Shown: positions 24,365-37,958 of the stretch, one piece after another
Numbering within the stretch: the stretch's first letter is position 1
Layout: every line of letters begins with the position of its first letter
Source: Octopus bimaculoides
Taxonomy: Eukaryota
Length of the DNA: 64,000 bases
Reading direction: 5' to 3'
Assembly: GCF_001194135.2 (NCBI RefSeq)
Contig: NC_068987.1
Location: forward strand, 92,596,352 to 92,660,351
Notes under the pieces: model-generated
What the model saw: the letters and a program-made list of their open reading frames with translations, nothing else
The model's database searches: none
What the model was told of the DNA's origin: nothing
Position numbers and translations under genes: made by a program

Positions 24365-25341
24365 TATATATANNNNNNNNNNNNNNNNNNNNNNNNNNNN
24401 NNNNNNNNNNNNNNNNNNNNNNNNNNNNNNNNNNNNNNNNNNNNNNNNNNNNNNNNNNNNNNNNNNNNNNNNNNNNNNNNNNNNNNNNNNNNNNNNNNNN
24501 NNNNNNNNNNNNNNNNNNNNNNNNNNNNNNNNNNNNNNNNNNNNNNNNNNNNNNNNNNNNNNNNNNNNNNNNNNNNNNNNNNNNNNNNNNNNNNNNNNNN
24601 NNNNNNNNNNNNNNNNNNNNNNNNNNNNNNNNNNNNNNNNNNNNNNNNNNNNNNNNNNNNNNNNNNNNNNNNNNNNNNNNNNNNNNNNNNNNNNNNNNNN
24701 NNNNNNNNNNNNNNNNNNNNNNNNNNNNNNNNNNNNNNNNNNNNNNNNNNNNNNNNNNNNNNNNNNNNNNNNNNNNNNNNNNNNNNNNNNNNNNNNNNNN
24801 NNNNNNNNNNNNNNNNNNNNNNNNNNNNNNNNNNNNNNNNNNNNNNNNNNNNNNNNNNNNNNNNNNNNNNNNNNNNNNNNNNNNNNNNNNNNNNNNNNNN
24901 NNNNNNNNNNNNNNNNNNNNNNNNNNNNNNNNNNNNNNNNNNNNNNNNNNNNNNNNNNNNNNNNNNNNNNNNNNNNNNNNNNNNNNNNNNNNNNNNNNNN
25001 NNNNNNNNNNNNNNNNNNNNNNNNNNNNNNNNNNNNNNNNNNNNNNNNNNNNNNNNNNNNNNNNNNNNNNNNNNNNNNNNNNNNNNNNNNNNNNNNNNNN
25101 NNNNNNNNNNNNNNNNNNNNNNNNNNNNNNNNNNNNNNNNNNNNNNNNNNNNNNNNNNNNNNNNNNNNNNNNNNNNNNNNNNNNNNNNNNNNNNNNNNNN
25201 NNNNNNNNNNNNNNNNNNNNNNNNNNNNNNNNNNNNNNNNNNNNNNNNNNNNNNNNNNNNNNNNNNNNNNNNNNNNNNNNNNNNNNNNNNNNNNNNNNNN
25301 NNNNNNNNNNNNNNNNNNNNNNNNNNNNNNNNNNNNNNNNN

Positions 25342-25392
<51 letters not shown>

Positions 25393-28204
25393 CAAATGCC
25401 TCTATTTTGTTTTTCCTAAACTCGGCACAAGGTGTAGTGGTTGCATCGGTGCTATAATAAAAGACATTTTCCCATCCATTTCTGCAATGAAAGCGAACAC
25501 CGATTCTCATATTTATAACTGGAACATGTTTTTGTATGCTTTTACTTATTTATTTGGAAGCTAGATCTTCGTGCATACAAACGTCGCGCACATGCTTCAG
25601 GTAATGAACCGTACATGTATCCGTGTATCTTAGGATGTTTAAATTCAATGTAAAAGTTAAAGTTGTCGTGATATTTTTATTTTACTTCATTTCATTTGTA
25701 AACACAACTGTTTATATAATCGTCCTTAATGTATATTTTCTCAAACATATAATCCTACGATTATTCGTGTTCTTTTTGTTGTTCCGTGCTACTTTACTTT
25801 CACCTGAAATTCTTTAAATAATAACCTTTTTTGTTTAGATTTAAAAAAAAAATATTGGAATATTTGATATTTTCTATTTAATTACCTTAATGTCACTAAT
25901 ATGCGCTTATGTGTGTTTCTTTTATTTTCCTCTGCTTTTGTTACAATATTGAAAGAGCTATCGTTTGCCGCCACTTCACGATTTTCTTTTAACAATTGAT
26001 CCGCCATTTTTTCTTTATGTTGTAATTTGCTTTGTTTGCATTTAGCTATATGCAAATTATCCATGTCCTCCGAAAGTTTTTCTTCGATAATATTATTACT
26101 ATTATCAATAACTCAATTTCTGTCTGTTTACATATTATGTAAGATATCAAGCGTTACAATAAGATTACCAGTTCGCTTGATCGGAATCGTAATTCATTTT
26201 GAAAATTCCGAAAGATATATCAAGAAATACACAACATGGCACGCTTGTATACGCGAACAATAGACAATCACTCATGATTACACACACATGCATACACACA
26301 CACACACATAAGCACGTACACAAACGCACTCAAGCACACAGAGGCATATATAATTACACGAACACATACTTTTCCTGTCTCGCACTCGCACAAGTGTACA
26401 CACACATGTATATATATGAATATGTGCCTACATCTGTTTGTATGCGTATCCGTGTGATTTTTGATGCGTACCGCTTCTTCAAATTACATGATTAGTAACA
26501 AGCCACACCCTAGATGTTCCTTTGATATTTTATTTCCATCCAAATAATCATCGTGTTTTTCTTTTTTTTTTTTTTGATTCTCAGTATTTCACCTGCTTAC
26601 TCACAACTCCTCTTTCTCCCATTTGCTATTGATTATCTTTAATATTTTATAAATGACAGGGAATTATGTGAGTAATAGCCACAAAATATGTATTACGCCA
26701 TCAAACATCACCTTCACTGGCAAACAAACAGTTACGCACAGGACCAGACAAATACACCCACACACATACACACAGTACACTTATACACAGGAAAAGGCAA
26801 ATCCCTCTTTAAATTTCTCCTATAATACAATGGACGCTTGGTTCATTATGAAAAAAGGGAAACAAAATAATTCTTATTAAATCCGATATTACACACCATT
26901 AGTTGTTCCCAACGTTGCATGATAGTAAAATGATATAACAAATAATGAAGAAATAAGCATAGAGATTTAAAAAAAAATATTTCAATATCTATATTACATA
27001 CTATTTTCCCATACAACTTTCTTTTTTGTGCGTGGTTTTACGAGTCTATCTTTATATGCACTAATGTATGTTTCGTAAAGAAATAATGTATATATATAAG
27101 CATGCATGTATATTTGTATATGTGTATATGTGGGAGTCAGTGTCTGTGTTTGAAAGTGCAGAATTTATATCTTTCTAATTAATTCACATTTATACTAACA
27201 AAGACAGTCAGGCGGCATATTGAAGTAAGTTTTAAGTTTTCAATATTGTCTTCTTATGATTCCAATATTTGTTTCCAAAAATTTGATATTTGTTTTGCTT
27301 ACTGCTCTTACATTTCTTTTTTTTTTATCCTCGATATTTATTTGGAGCTATTTTTCTTCGACTACAATATAACGTTTTATAACATGTTCACTTGTTTTCC
27401 TTGTATTTTAACTCCTTTAAGTTTATACATATTTGTATATTTGAATATGAATATGCACTGACATTCGTGTGAAAGCAAAATATCAAGCGTATATTATTTC
27501 TGATACGAGCGCTCGCTCTGTGTTACGTTATCATATATTCGGATTCAATATGTGCAAGTCTAATGATAAACTGATCGAAATATAATTTAAGGAATTAAAA
27601 GGAAGGTAATGGCATCAAAACTAAAGTGAAACGAATCAAACATATCATTTTGCTTCAGAGACTTCAGAAACTGCTGTTCATTGAAGGCACAGATTAGAAC
27701 AAAGTAAAGATCTTGTCCTTCTGCATAAATACGTTGCTTAGAGGATCACATTCCTGTCGCATATGGTAACGATGGGTTTGCTTCAGCAGTAATGGTTCAC
27801 TCATGAAGAAGAACTCAAACTGCCTTGCACCGATAACATAACCAATATTTTCCTGTATTTCTCTCAGGAAACGTTTCACCTAGATCTGTGTCTCCATTCT
27901 ATGTTCATTAACATCGAATTTTATACGACATAGAAAGAAACTGCACCTTCATCTGATAAGATTCGGTGCCGCCAAATCTTCGGCTGAGATTGCAACATTT
28001 TACTCTAGTCCCATCCACCTTTATATACTATCCCACTTCTTTTCGTTCGGGACTGCAAGAAACAACGTGTTGGGTTCACTTCAGTCTCAGAAAAATATTG
28101 TTTGACCATCGACTCCTCTCAGTCCTTCTTTTCGTTGTTGTTGATATCGTTGTTCCTGTTTTTGTTTCCTCTGATGGCATGCATTGCTCACTCATGCTGT
28201 AATA

Positions 28205-30140
28205 ATAATCGTGTCGCAGGCGACTAAACAAGCAAACCCACCAATACTACTTGGTGTGGAGGGTGAAAGTTGGACGCACTCTGGAAGAAATGTGGTCTGT
28301 TCAAAGGGCGGATGAACTCATAATAGTCAACGGTCATATAACAGAGTTTATAAGAGAGTAGGTGTGGACTGTTTAAGCCTTGGTTGGCAAATCACTTAGT
28401 GATGATTTCATTCGCGATAAATAAAAATACTGGTGATTGTACAAGCTTATAAATGTTACCTCAAAATGTGTGATGTCATATTCAAATAATAATAACTACA
28501 TTAACGAGATCGGGACTGTTAACAGTGACGGTGTCACGCACGCGAAGTAAAGGGTGACTGATCAATCTCCGGCTGTTCGTCATTAAGACATTGATCAGGA
28601 TGGGGATCGAAGTCAAAATGCATTGGGAGAAAAATGAAATGAGAGAACGTGGCAAACAAGTTTTCGATTGGATATTGGCTGAGTTGTGAGCCAGATAAAA
28701 GGGGTTTCCTGAAACGAATGAAGAAAATATGGGATGAAAAGAGAGTCTTTGAATCTTCCGCACAATAATTGATATGCCAGGCATGGACAATTTGTATAAA
28801 TGATTGGATTACAGGATTAGAGATTGAAGAAATTCGGGGATGAACAAAATATGAAGAGTATGAAACAGCAGTAGCAGTAAGTGGTAATGAAGGGGTAAAA
28901 GACGAAGAAAATAAAAACGAAGAAAATTATTATGTGCCTGAGAATGCTGGTGAAGTAAACAGTGAAGATAATTTAGCTGGACAACTGACAATAAATGTTG
29001 AACAAGACTTGAACGATGAAAAGAAGATTGTAGAAATGCTACGAAGTATAGTGCTGAGTGTGAACAATGAAATGCTAACAAATGTACAGAAGGAAAATGA
29101 GGAGAGCTACTGGCAAATTAAATGGAGATTTGAGCTTGGTTAAAACAGAATTTTAGTGAAATAAAGCAGCCAATCATAGCTGCTGCTAATATTGTAGCTA
29201 ACATAATATGATAGAAGTGAAAGACTCTTGAAGAAAAGAAAAGAAATAAAGGTAAGCGCTAAATTGGAGAAGAGAATATGAATGAAGTTGAGAAAGATAC
29301 AGAAAGAATTAAAGGGATATTAAATATAATAATGAGAACTCGAGAATGAGATATCAACCAGAAAGTTGAACAGGCAGAATAGGTTAGAGGAAAGGCGAAA
29401 ACAAACTATACATGAATAATTGCAGCAATCTTTGACCCCGTTTGAGGCCAAATTGAACAGATACGATGCCAGAGGAGATTGTTTCAATCAAAAAGAAGGC
29501 GTCTTTTTGGAGTGACAATGGGGTAACAGTGTCAGCAAATGATTCCTGATACGGAAGAAAGTATAGTGTGTTGGGGAGAACTTTGGAACAGGCCAGTGAG
29601 ATATAAAAATAGTGGCTAACATAGAAAACTTCCTACACTAACAAGACAAATGGACGTCAGTATTGATCTGTATTCAGTGAGAGTACAATTAACATAATAT
29701 CAAATTGGGGTAAAAAAAACCCTGGTCCGTATGGATTACAAAGTTATTGACTGAAGAGGTTTACACAGTTGTATGAAAGGCTCTCTACATCTAGATGAAT
29801 CCCTGCAGCAGGGACACATCCATACCCGAATGGCATATGGAAGAACTTTGTTATATCTCAAGAACACCTTGAGGCTTAAGCTAGTGTCAAATATTCGATC
29901 TATAATCTATTTACCAATTATGTGGAACCTTATGACCGGCATCTTGGCGGATAAATTATAAAAGTTTCTGGAAATTAACAATCTAATTCCAGAAGAAGAG
30001 AAGGGATGAAGGAAGCAAATTATGGCAACAAAAGACCAGTTATTAGTTAAAAAACGATCGTTAGAAATTATAGATGCTGATTGACGAGATTGAATGCACC
30101 ATAGTTGGATTACAGAAAAGCATATGATATCGTACCGACA
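28205..30140 (+). mobile_element. R4/Dong LINE relic A: 5'UTR, N-terminal ORF and first RT motifs
   Basis: Starts after TAATAATAAT. Frames give KRGFLKRMKKIWDEKRVF...WITGLEIEEIR, MIPDTEESIVCWGELW, PGPYGLQSY, GRTLLYLK...LPIMWNLMTGILADKL, KDQLLV and DYRKAYDIVP, with many stops and frameshifts. Confidence 0.9.
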
Positions 30141-30169
30141 GTTCGATTAAAGGAAAACAATGACTTGGG

Positions 30170-31280
30170 AAGGCGAACATTATACTTAAGTTCAAAACTG
30201 TCATCGAAACCCTAAAACAATGTGAGCGGGCTAAAACATTAAAGGTTCAGCGCTACACTGATCGCATTTCGCAGTCCCACCGGAACTGGTTATTATCAAA
30301 AACCAGACGCAGTTTTTTAAGGGCTTAGGAGGAAATACAGAAGATAATACACCTGAAGCAGAAGAAACTTGCTAATTTTGGGATAACATCTGGTGGTAGA
30401 TACTATTTGTTATAGCGATGATCTCACTTTCTGTAGTCCTACGTAACATCAACATGCACTATGAGCAGAGAAAGAACAGAGCCCGTCACAACTACTTTTT
30501 CTTCATGGATGCTTTTAAAACTGTTCGCAAAAGCAGACCCTGAAATAGAGAGGCTGGTTTAAGCTGTGCAAATGTCCAGCAAGGATATAGGGATGGAATT
30601 CGGTGCAGTGCTTACTTTGAAGTGGGGGTGAAATGAGTAAATTATAGGGGCATAGAATTGCCAAGCGGAGAGCGAATGGAGGACCCGGTTGATTATGATT
30701 ACAAGCAACTTGGGATCTTGCAGCTGAACATTATCTTACACAGAGAAATGAAAAACAAATTCATCACCGTATATTTCTAGCGACTGAAACTTTTGTTGAA
30801 GTCAAAGCTCATCTCAAGAAACCTTGTGACTGCCATCAACATATGGGCTGTTGCTGTAGTCCGCTATGCTGCACCCATCCTGAGATGGATACAAGCGGAG
30901 ATTGGCCAACTCGATCGCACTACCCGAAAGACAATGAAAATACATGGTTACCTCCTCCCGTAGGTAAATGTACACAGGCTTCACATGAAGAGAGGTATGG
31001 GTCGACATGGACTGATTAGCGTACGGGAGTGCATCAACATTGAACGAAACAACATGGCATAATATTTGGTAAACAGAAAATAAGACCTGCTACAATATGC
31101 TGCAAGTGCAAAGGAGTTAATAAAAATGGACTTCAAAGTGCTCGTGAATTTTGAACAAGAACAAGCAACGAAAGAGAAGAAACCCTACACCGTATGGAAT
31201 TACACGGTCAGTTCCACCGTGAAGCCAACAAATTAAAAGACCAGGAAGCATCATGGAGGTGGCTCAACACTGATACGAAA
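30170..31280 (+). mobile_element. R4/Dong LINE relic B (pre-RT, RT domains 5-7, thumb region)
   Basis: ERAKTLKVQRYTDRI...TPEAEETC*FWDNIW; HNYFFFMDAFK (YMDD-region equivalent); GIELPSG...YKQLGILQ; RLKLLLKSKLISRNLVTAINIWAVAVVRYAA...RLHMKRGMGRHGLISV; LHGQFHRE...SWRWL. Confidence 0.9.
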
Positions 31281-31949
31281 ATGGTGACTACAATACGTAT
31301 CACAGCTGTCAACTGTGAACAAATACAGACAAATAAGATCAGTTAAGGATACTCTATGCATACAACATATGGGTATATACATATCTTTTATTATTTCTTC
31401 CACATATATTCAGAATATACTTCCAGATCATTGCATAACACACAATTAGATTAGCAGTCAACATTTGGCAATTGACTTGAATGGGTGTACATACAGGATA
31501 ATGCGTTGGACTTTCAATTGATCGGACATGTGTTCGAAATTATAAAATGGAAGATACGATGTCATGAACCTGGTGGCTCGATGCAAATTACGATTTTCTA
31601 TGTATTGTGTTTACCTCTGTCTTTCCTCTCTTTCGGCACACAGACGCACGCACACACACACACACACACGCACAAAGACACACACAGAAATATTTGTATA
31701 TAATTATATACCTTTATTAACTTTGATAGGTTTCGGCCACTATAGGCCCTGGCCATATCGAACTTCATAGCACCACCTGGTGAAGTCTTTTATCATATAT
31801 GGGGCACAGTATGATTTTCTCTGAAATTGGATGTGGAAAGATCCCTCGCTGCCGAAATGGTTCCAAGAGAAAACGTCTTCTAGATATATGAAAACATGCC
31901 TGAAAATAAAGACTGACAGCATGGATTATAAGAGTGCCATATGCCCACA

Positions 31950-32550
31950 GGCATTTGACGTAGTGGTTATTGGCGCGGGCTACTAACCCCAAGATTCCGA
32001 GTTCGGAATAATGATAATAATAATAACAATATGCATTGCCAGGTAGTGGCTCTCATGGCTTCTGATCTTAACTGATTGGAAGTGTTATCATGTACATTGC
32101 TTTGTCTTGGTATAAAAAGATGGGCTACAGATAATATTCTGCTCAACACCACATATTTGCTTGACAGTTGTTTGACCTTAACCAGTTGAGCATGTCCCCT
32201 GGTGGCTGACGATATGTGCATCTCTGATCATGAGCAGAAGTAGTGGGGGAGCATCATAGCCATGTGTTGAGAGGAATTCTTTGGGGTTTGAATAATTCAC
32301 CTTTAGAAACATAGGTGTTTTGCTCAACATGGGCTACCCAACATGAAAAAAATTCTAACTGGGCCCCACCTGCGAGGTTATACGTTGTTTATCTTGATAT
32401 GAGATCACCATGTCGCGCACATATGGTTGTGATGCATGTACCTGGTGTACCCTTATCAGACGGGAAGTCATGATGGGTCTATTGGGCTTCGTATATTTTA
32501 CCCCAGTGTCACTTTGATGGCATGCACTACTCTTTCACACAATAATAATA
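31950..32550 (+). mobile_element. Long (~600 bp) tRNA-headed SINE with (AAT)n tail
   Basis: A-box-like TGACGTAGTGG, anticodon-arm-like GGG-CTACTAA-CCC, T-arm GAGTTCG interrupted by AAT repeats, unique body, then (AAT)n 32551-32636. Confidence 0.7.
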
Positions 32551-32552
32551 AT

Positions 32553-32631
<79 letters not shown>

Positions 32632-33107
32632 TTAATNNNNNNNNNNNNNNNNNNNNNNNNNNNNNNNNNNNNNNNNNNNNNNNNNNNNNNNNNNNNNNNN
32701 NNNNNNNNNNNNNNNNNNNNNNNNNNNNNNNNNNNNNNNNNNNNNNNNNNNNNNNNNNNNNNNNNNNNNNNNNNNNNNNNNNNNNNNNNNNNNNNNNNNN
32801 NNNNNNNNNNNNNNNNNNNNNNNNNNNNNNNNNNNNNNNNNNNNNNNNNNNNNNNNNNNNNNNNNNNNNNNNNNNNNNNNNNNNNNNNNNNNNNNNNNNN
32901 NNNNNNNNNNNNNNNNNNNNNNNNNNNNNNNNNNNNNNNNNNNNNNNNNNNNNNNNNNNNNNNNNNNNNNNNAAATATATATATACGCAAATATAGAAAA
33001 CCACTACGCTCATTATTATATTAGGAGATGAGAAAACGGGCATGTAATATACATACATACAAATACATCCGTCCATCTATCCATCCACCCACCCACACAT
33101 ACATACA

Positions 33108-33140
<33 letters not shown>

Positions 33141-33521
33141 GTGTGTGAGTGTGTGTATCCATGTTTTTTCATACGCATACGTCTATTAAAAAAGATATGT
33201 TCTGAATCGTAATGGCCTAGGGGAAAATGAGATTATCGAACGTTTAAAGATATCCTCATCGAGGCCGAAGCGCTGTCATTAATATTTTATGTTATTAAAT
33301 TTCTTTTCTAAAAACTCATATTTTTTGTACCTCCCAAGCCGATCCTCTGCTTCTAAATCTCACTTTCTTTTGCGTTTGAGTTAAGGGCCACCAAATTTAA
33401 ATTAACACACTTTTTCAATTTTCGCATTGAAACCATCTTCATGGAGAACCGTAATAATATTATTGTTATCAAACTTTAATGCCGGGTTCATAAATTAAAT
33501 GTTACAGAAATGTGTAAACTA

Positions 33522-33622
<101 letters not shown>

Positions 33623-34093
33623 TTGCTGATGTTGTTTTTGTTGTGATTATTTCAATAATGTATTTTGCTCAGCACATATTTAATTCTGGTTAGTGTTTTA
33701 ATGCTCTCTACAGTAAATATGTTGGCACTAGCTCGTCTATAATATTTTCAAAGGTGATATTCCCCTAATTTGAAAATAAATAGTGCATGGCATTATTTTG
33801 TTAAAACCTGTAACAAACTATTATGCTATTCAACCGAGAGACGTAAATAAAAAGAAATGAAAATTAAGGTAAACATTAACAGCGTTGTTAGAAGCAAATA
33901 TTAACAGACTCTAACAATGGTAGTAGCTTAAAAAAAATATGCTGAGACTTTAATATGAGATGAAAAGTCAGTGTTCAATATGTTATCAGACTATTGCTAA
34001 GTGAAGAGTTCGGTTTCGTAAACGTTCTCTGATATTGCACTGCACCGATGAACACAAAGTCGTTTCTTACGCGTGTACCTCTACTCATTTGCG

Positions 34094-34144
<51 letters not shown>

Positions 34145-34369
34145 GCCTGCCTGTCTGCCTGCCTGTCTGCCTGCCTGTCTGCCTGCCTGNNNNNNNNNNN
34201 NNNNNNNNNNNNNNNNNNNNNNNNNNNNNNNNNNNNNNNNNNNNNNNNNNNNNNNNNNNNNNNNNNNNNNNNNNNNNNNNNNNNNNNNNNNNNNNNNNNN
34301 NNNNNNNNNNNNNNNNNNNNNNNNNNNNNNNNNNNNNNNNNNNNNNNNNNNNNNNNNNNNNNNNNNNNN

Positions 34370-34706
34370 ATGGTCCAATGGTTACGGCAGCGGAATCGCA
34401 GTCATTGGATCGTGGTTTCAATTCCAAGACCGGGCGTCGTGAGGGTTTATTGAGGCTCCAGTAGGGAGTGGTGGTGAACTCTGCTATATTCTTTCACCAC
34501 AACTTTCTTTCACTCTTTTTTCTTTCTGTTGTACTTGTATTTCAAAGGGCTAGCATTGTCACACACTGTGGCACGCTGAATCTCCCCGAGAACTAGGTAC
34601 ACATGCCTGTGGCTTGTTCAGCCACTTGCACGCTAATTTCACGAGCAGGCTGTTCCGTTGATCGGATCAACTGGAACCCTTGTCGTCTTAACCGACAGAG
34701 TGCCAC
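34370..34706 (+). mobile_element. tRNA-derived SINE, third family
   Basis: Head ATGGTCCAATGGTTACGGCAGCGG...GGTTTCAATTCC; 3' end GATCAACTGGAACCCTTGTCGTCTTAACCGACAGAGTGCCA; flanked by (TATC)n/(CTGC)n. Confidence 0.7.
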
Positions 34707-34825
34707 TATCTATCTATCTATTTATCTATCTATCTATTTATCTATCTATCTATGCATATACATATGTTTATATATATGTGTGAATATGAGCGTGTGTGTG
34801 CGTGATAGAGAGAGAGAGAGAGAGA

Positions 34826-34857
<32 letters not shown>

Positions 34858-36699
34858 TTATACACATACTTATATACACATGTGTGCGTGTTGACTGAGT
34901 AGATGTCTAGTATTTCCAGAATATTTCCCAAAGCACATTTTAAATTCTAGTCAGAGTGACATACATTAGATAAACGACACAATTATTTTCTAGGTGAGGT
35001 CCCTACGATACAGTAACACTAGGAATCACCTTCATAATCTGAACTTTTACTCGGAAATAATGGCAGGGCAGAAAGTCTACTTGAACTGTTAGAAATAATA
35101 TGCTTAAATGTAATGAATTTGCTTCAATATAGGAGAAAAAAGGCTTCAAAAATATTGAGCATGCAAATATTTGGTTTTAGATTAAAGTCAAGATGGATCA
35201 ATACTAATAATAATGCAAACTGATATGACATTAACAGCGCTGCTAAAATCTGTGGTTGAGTAGCTCCGAGTCATGTATAATCCTAATGCCAAAGACTCTG
35301 GGGCTATAACAGGTCTTTTAATTCTTCTTTTCTATCATCAAAAATAGAGCTAAAATCTCTATTATAGAATAGAGAACATGACAAATATATTCCATGTCAA
35401 AAGGAAACACGTAAAATTGAAACACAACATTTCAGACACAGTTTCAACTGGGCTGCCAGTAACTAACTAGGTTTTTTTTTTTGATTTTTTTTTCCTATGA
35501 TAATTACTTTTTAATATATTGAAGGAAATAGAGTTGATAGAAGCAGCACACATTACCATAAAATGAAACAGTGACGTCTTTTAATAAAAAAAAAGAACAT
35601 GAATTTGGCAAATTCCTGACAAAAGTCATAAACACAAATATGTATATGGAAAATACAAAAAAGGTAAAATAATAGTGTCACTGCTAGAGATTAACTCAGT
35701 CTGAGAGTCTAAATATGCATATACTGTGTATCGTCAATGAAACATACAGTGTCCGAAATACAGACATTAAATGAGACTATGCAGGAAACTTTGGTTGGTA
35801 AACGCCACAATACTATGAATGCTTAAACAAATCGTATACAAGCTGCAGTATCTCAATATTTGTCATAGGTCTGATTATTCCAGTAATCTAATTTAATTTC
35901 TGCTTCTGCTCTGAATTTCACTGGTAAGACGCACGTTCATTTTCCAATAACTTCATTCACTTAAAATATATCCGTTCGGATATGAGTTTGCGATGCCAAA
36001 TTCCAGTCTTCACGTGCTATTTCTTGTGATATTTAACAGTCAATGATAACGAATATCGGCACCAAGTTCTGTAATAAAGCAGTCGGGCACCAAGCACCAG
36101 CAAATGAAGCAGCAACATTATATTATATATTTGATTAGATTTCATGTGTTCATAGATTTTATGGCGTGTTATGATTCTGAATTTAATAGAGATAAATATT
36201 TATTAATCGATGTATGCAGTTAGGAATAGGCAAACATTGCAATTGTAGATATATTACTCATCTCAGATAATTCTTGATTGTACATAAAGTATTTGAAGCA
36301 AGGTACGCTGTTAGAATGTACATCTATATGTGTTTGTGTATATGTGCATATATATGTATACATGCATATATCTATATACATATATGTCTGTGCATGCATA
36401 GATGGTTGTATGAATGTATGTATCTTGATTAATAATGAGTATAACCTTGAATTTATACAAAAAGTATTTTGGGGCAGGAGGTGAACATTTTGCGTGTAGC
36501 GCAGGCGGCTATGAACAGGAGCCAATTTTCATAAATTCTATCTATAATGTGTTACAAGATACAGTAACTGAAAAATTCCCAAAGAGACAGAGTAACTAAT
36601 TCTACGATGCATCTGCACGCTATATTGCGGTCGTTAAATGTTGCTTTCGGATTTTCACACAAGCTCTGCAATATTGAGTGGAGACGATATGTCGTTTAT

Positions 36700-36860
36700 A
36701 CCAACCCCAACTCTTGAATTGTACTTATTTTATCAACCTCAAGGTGATAAAGGACAAAGCCGGTCCCGTGGGCATTTGAACTCAGAATGTAAAGAGCCAA
36801 GACAATATGTCTCAACATTTGGACCGGAGCGGTGTGGATTCTGCCAGCCCACCGCGTTAG
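36700..36860 (-). mobile_element. Degenerate OK-like SINE
   Basis: GTACTTATTTTATCAACC...ATTTGAACTCAGAATG...GATTCTGCCAGC matches the family reverse complement. Confidence 0.65.
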
Positions 36861-37322
36861 AAGCTTGGAATATTAACTGCAAAGACACATGTATCATCAT
36901 TTTACTACAACGTATACCTGTTGGTACACATTAATTTTTTCTTTCCCTCACTATCCTGCACTCAGACAAGATATCAACAAAAGCAAACACTAGAAATTAC
37001 TCGAAAAATTTTCTCCCGTAATCAAGTACATTTAAATTCTCTTCCCATACCTATGAATTTGTTTTTATATCTTGTCTTCACATATATTGAGTACAATTCT
37101 TCAATTCGATGTTCACCTCGAACCCACTCATTTCTTTTCGAATTTGTCGAAAGGACAGCGAATTATTTGTAACAACGATTATTTTTCTATTAACCATATT
37201 TAATTTGTGTTCCATTTATGGTAAAATAATTGTTCCTTTGGTGTTACTGTCACATAGTGACACACACCCATACTAATACGCACATACACATGTGCGCACG
37301 CGCGCGCACAAACCCATATTTC

Positions 37323-37958
37323 GGATCCTGTTCAAAACGGGGGCACCAGTATTTTCTTAACGAAACACTTTGAAACTTGGGACACTGGTAGAATGTGTCA
37401 TATAAAACATCTTTTTCTCTTAGTCTTCTTAACAAAAAGACGTACGTTGCAAGTTATTTCATGTTAAAGTTGTCGTATTTCTGTAATTTTAACCAATCAC
37501 TGACGTCTATTCAGCTGAATAGAGTTACTGCTAACCGGTCATAAAAATGTTATTCCCTGTGACATATTTCATTCGGTTTAATCGTAATTTATACGCATAT
37601 ATTGTTTATATAATAAATTACGCTGTGCGTATCTATGTGTGTAACAATTTTAGAGTTCGGATACTTGAGTTAGGGTTAGTTTTAGGGTTAGGGTTAGGGT
37701 AGAAATGTCAGAACTAACGGGGATTAATACGATATACACCGTTACAGCGCTAACTGTTTTCAACTGAGTAGACGTCAGTGATTAGTAGAAATTATCGAAA
37801 TAAGACAATTTTTTACATGAAATAAATTCGAATACAAAAAATTTTTTGTGTTCTATAACACAAAATATATAAGTATACGAAGTTTGAAAGTCTTTCGGTA
37901 CCAAAAACACTACATAAAACATAAATGAAAACTGGTGCCCCCGTTTTGAACAGGATCC
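37323..37958. mobile_element. MITE/foldback DNA element (636 bp) with long TIRs and internal TTAGGG repeats
   Basis: Perfect 28-bp terminal IR GGATCCTGTTCAAAACGGGGGCACCAGT; imperfect inverted similarity continues about 200 bp; flanks CATATTTC/CTTATTTC look like an 8-bp TSD with one mismatch. Confidence 0.9.

Noticed and set aside
37670-37702. TTAGGG run as a true telomere or chromosome-fusion scar
   Set aside because: Only about five units, lying inside a TIR element.
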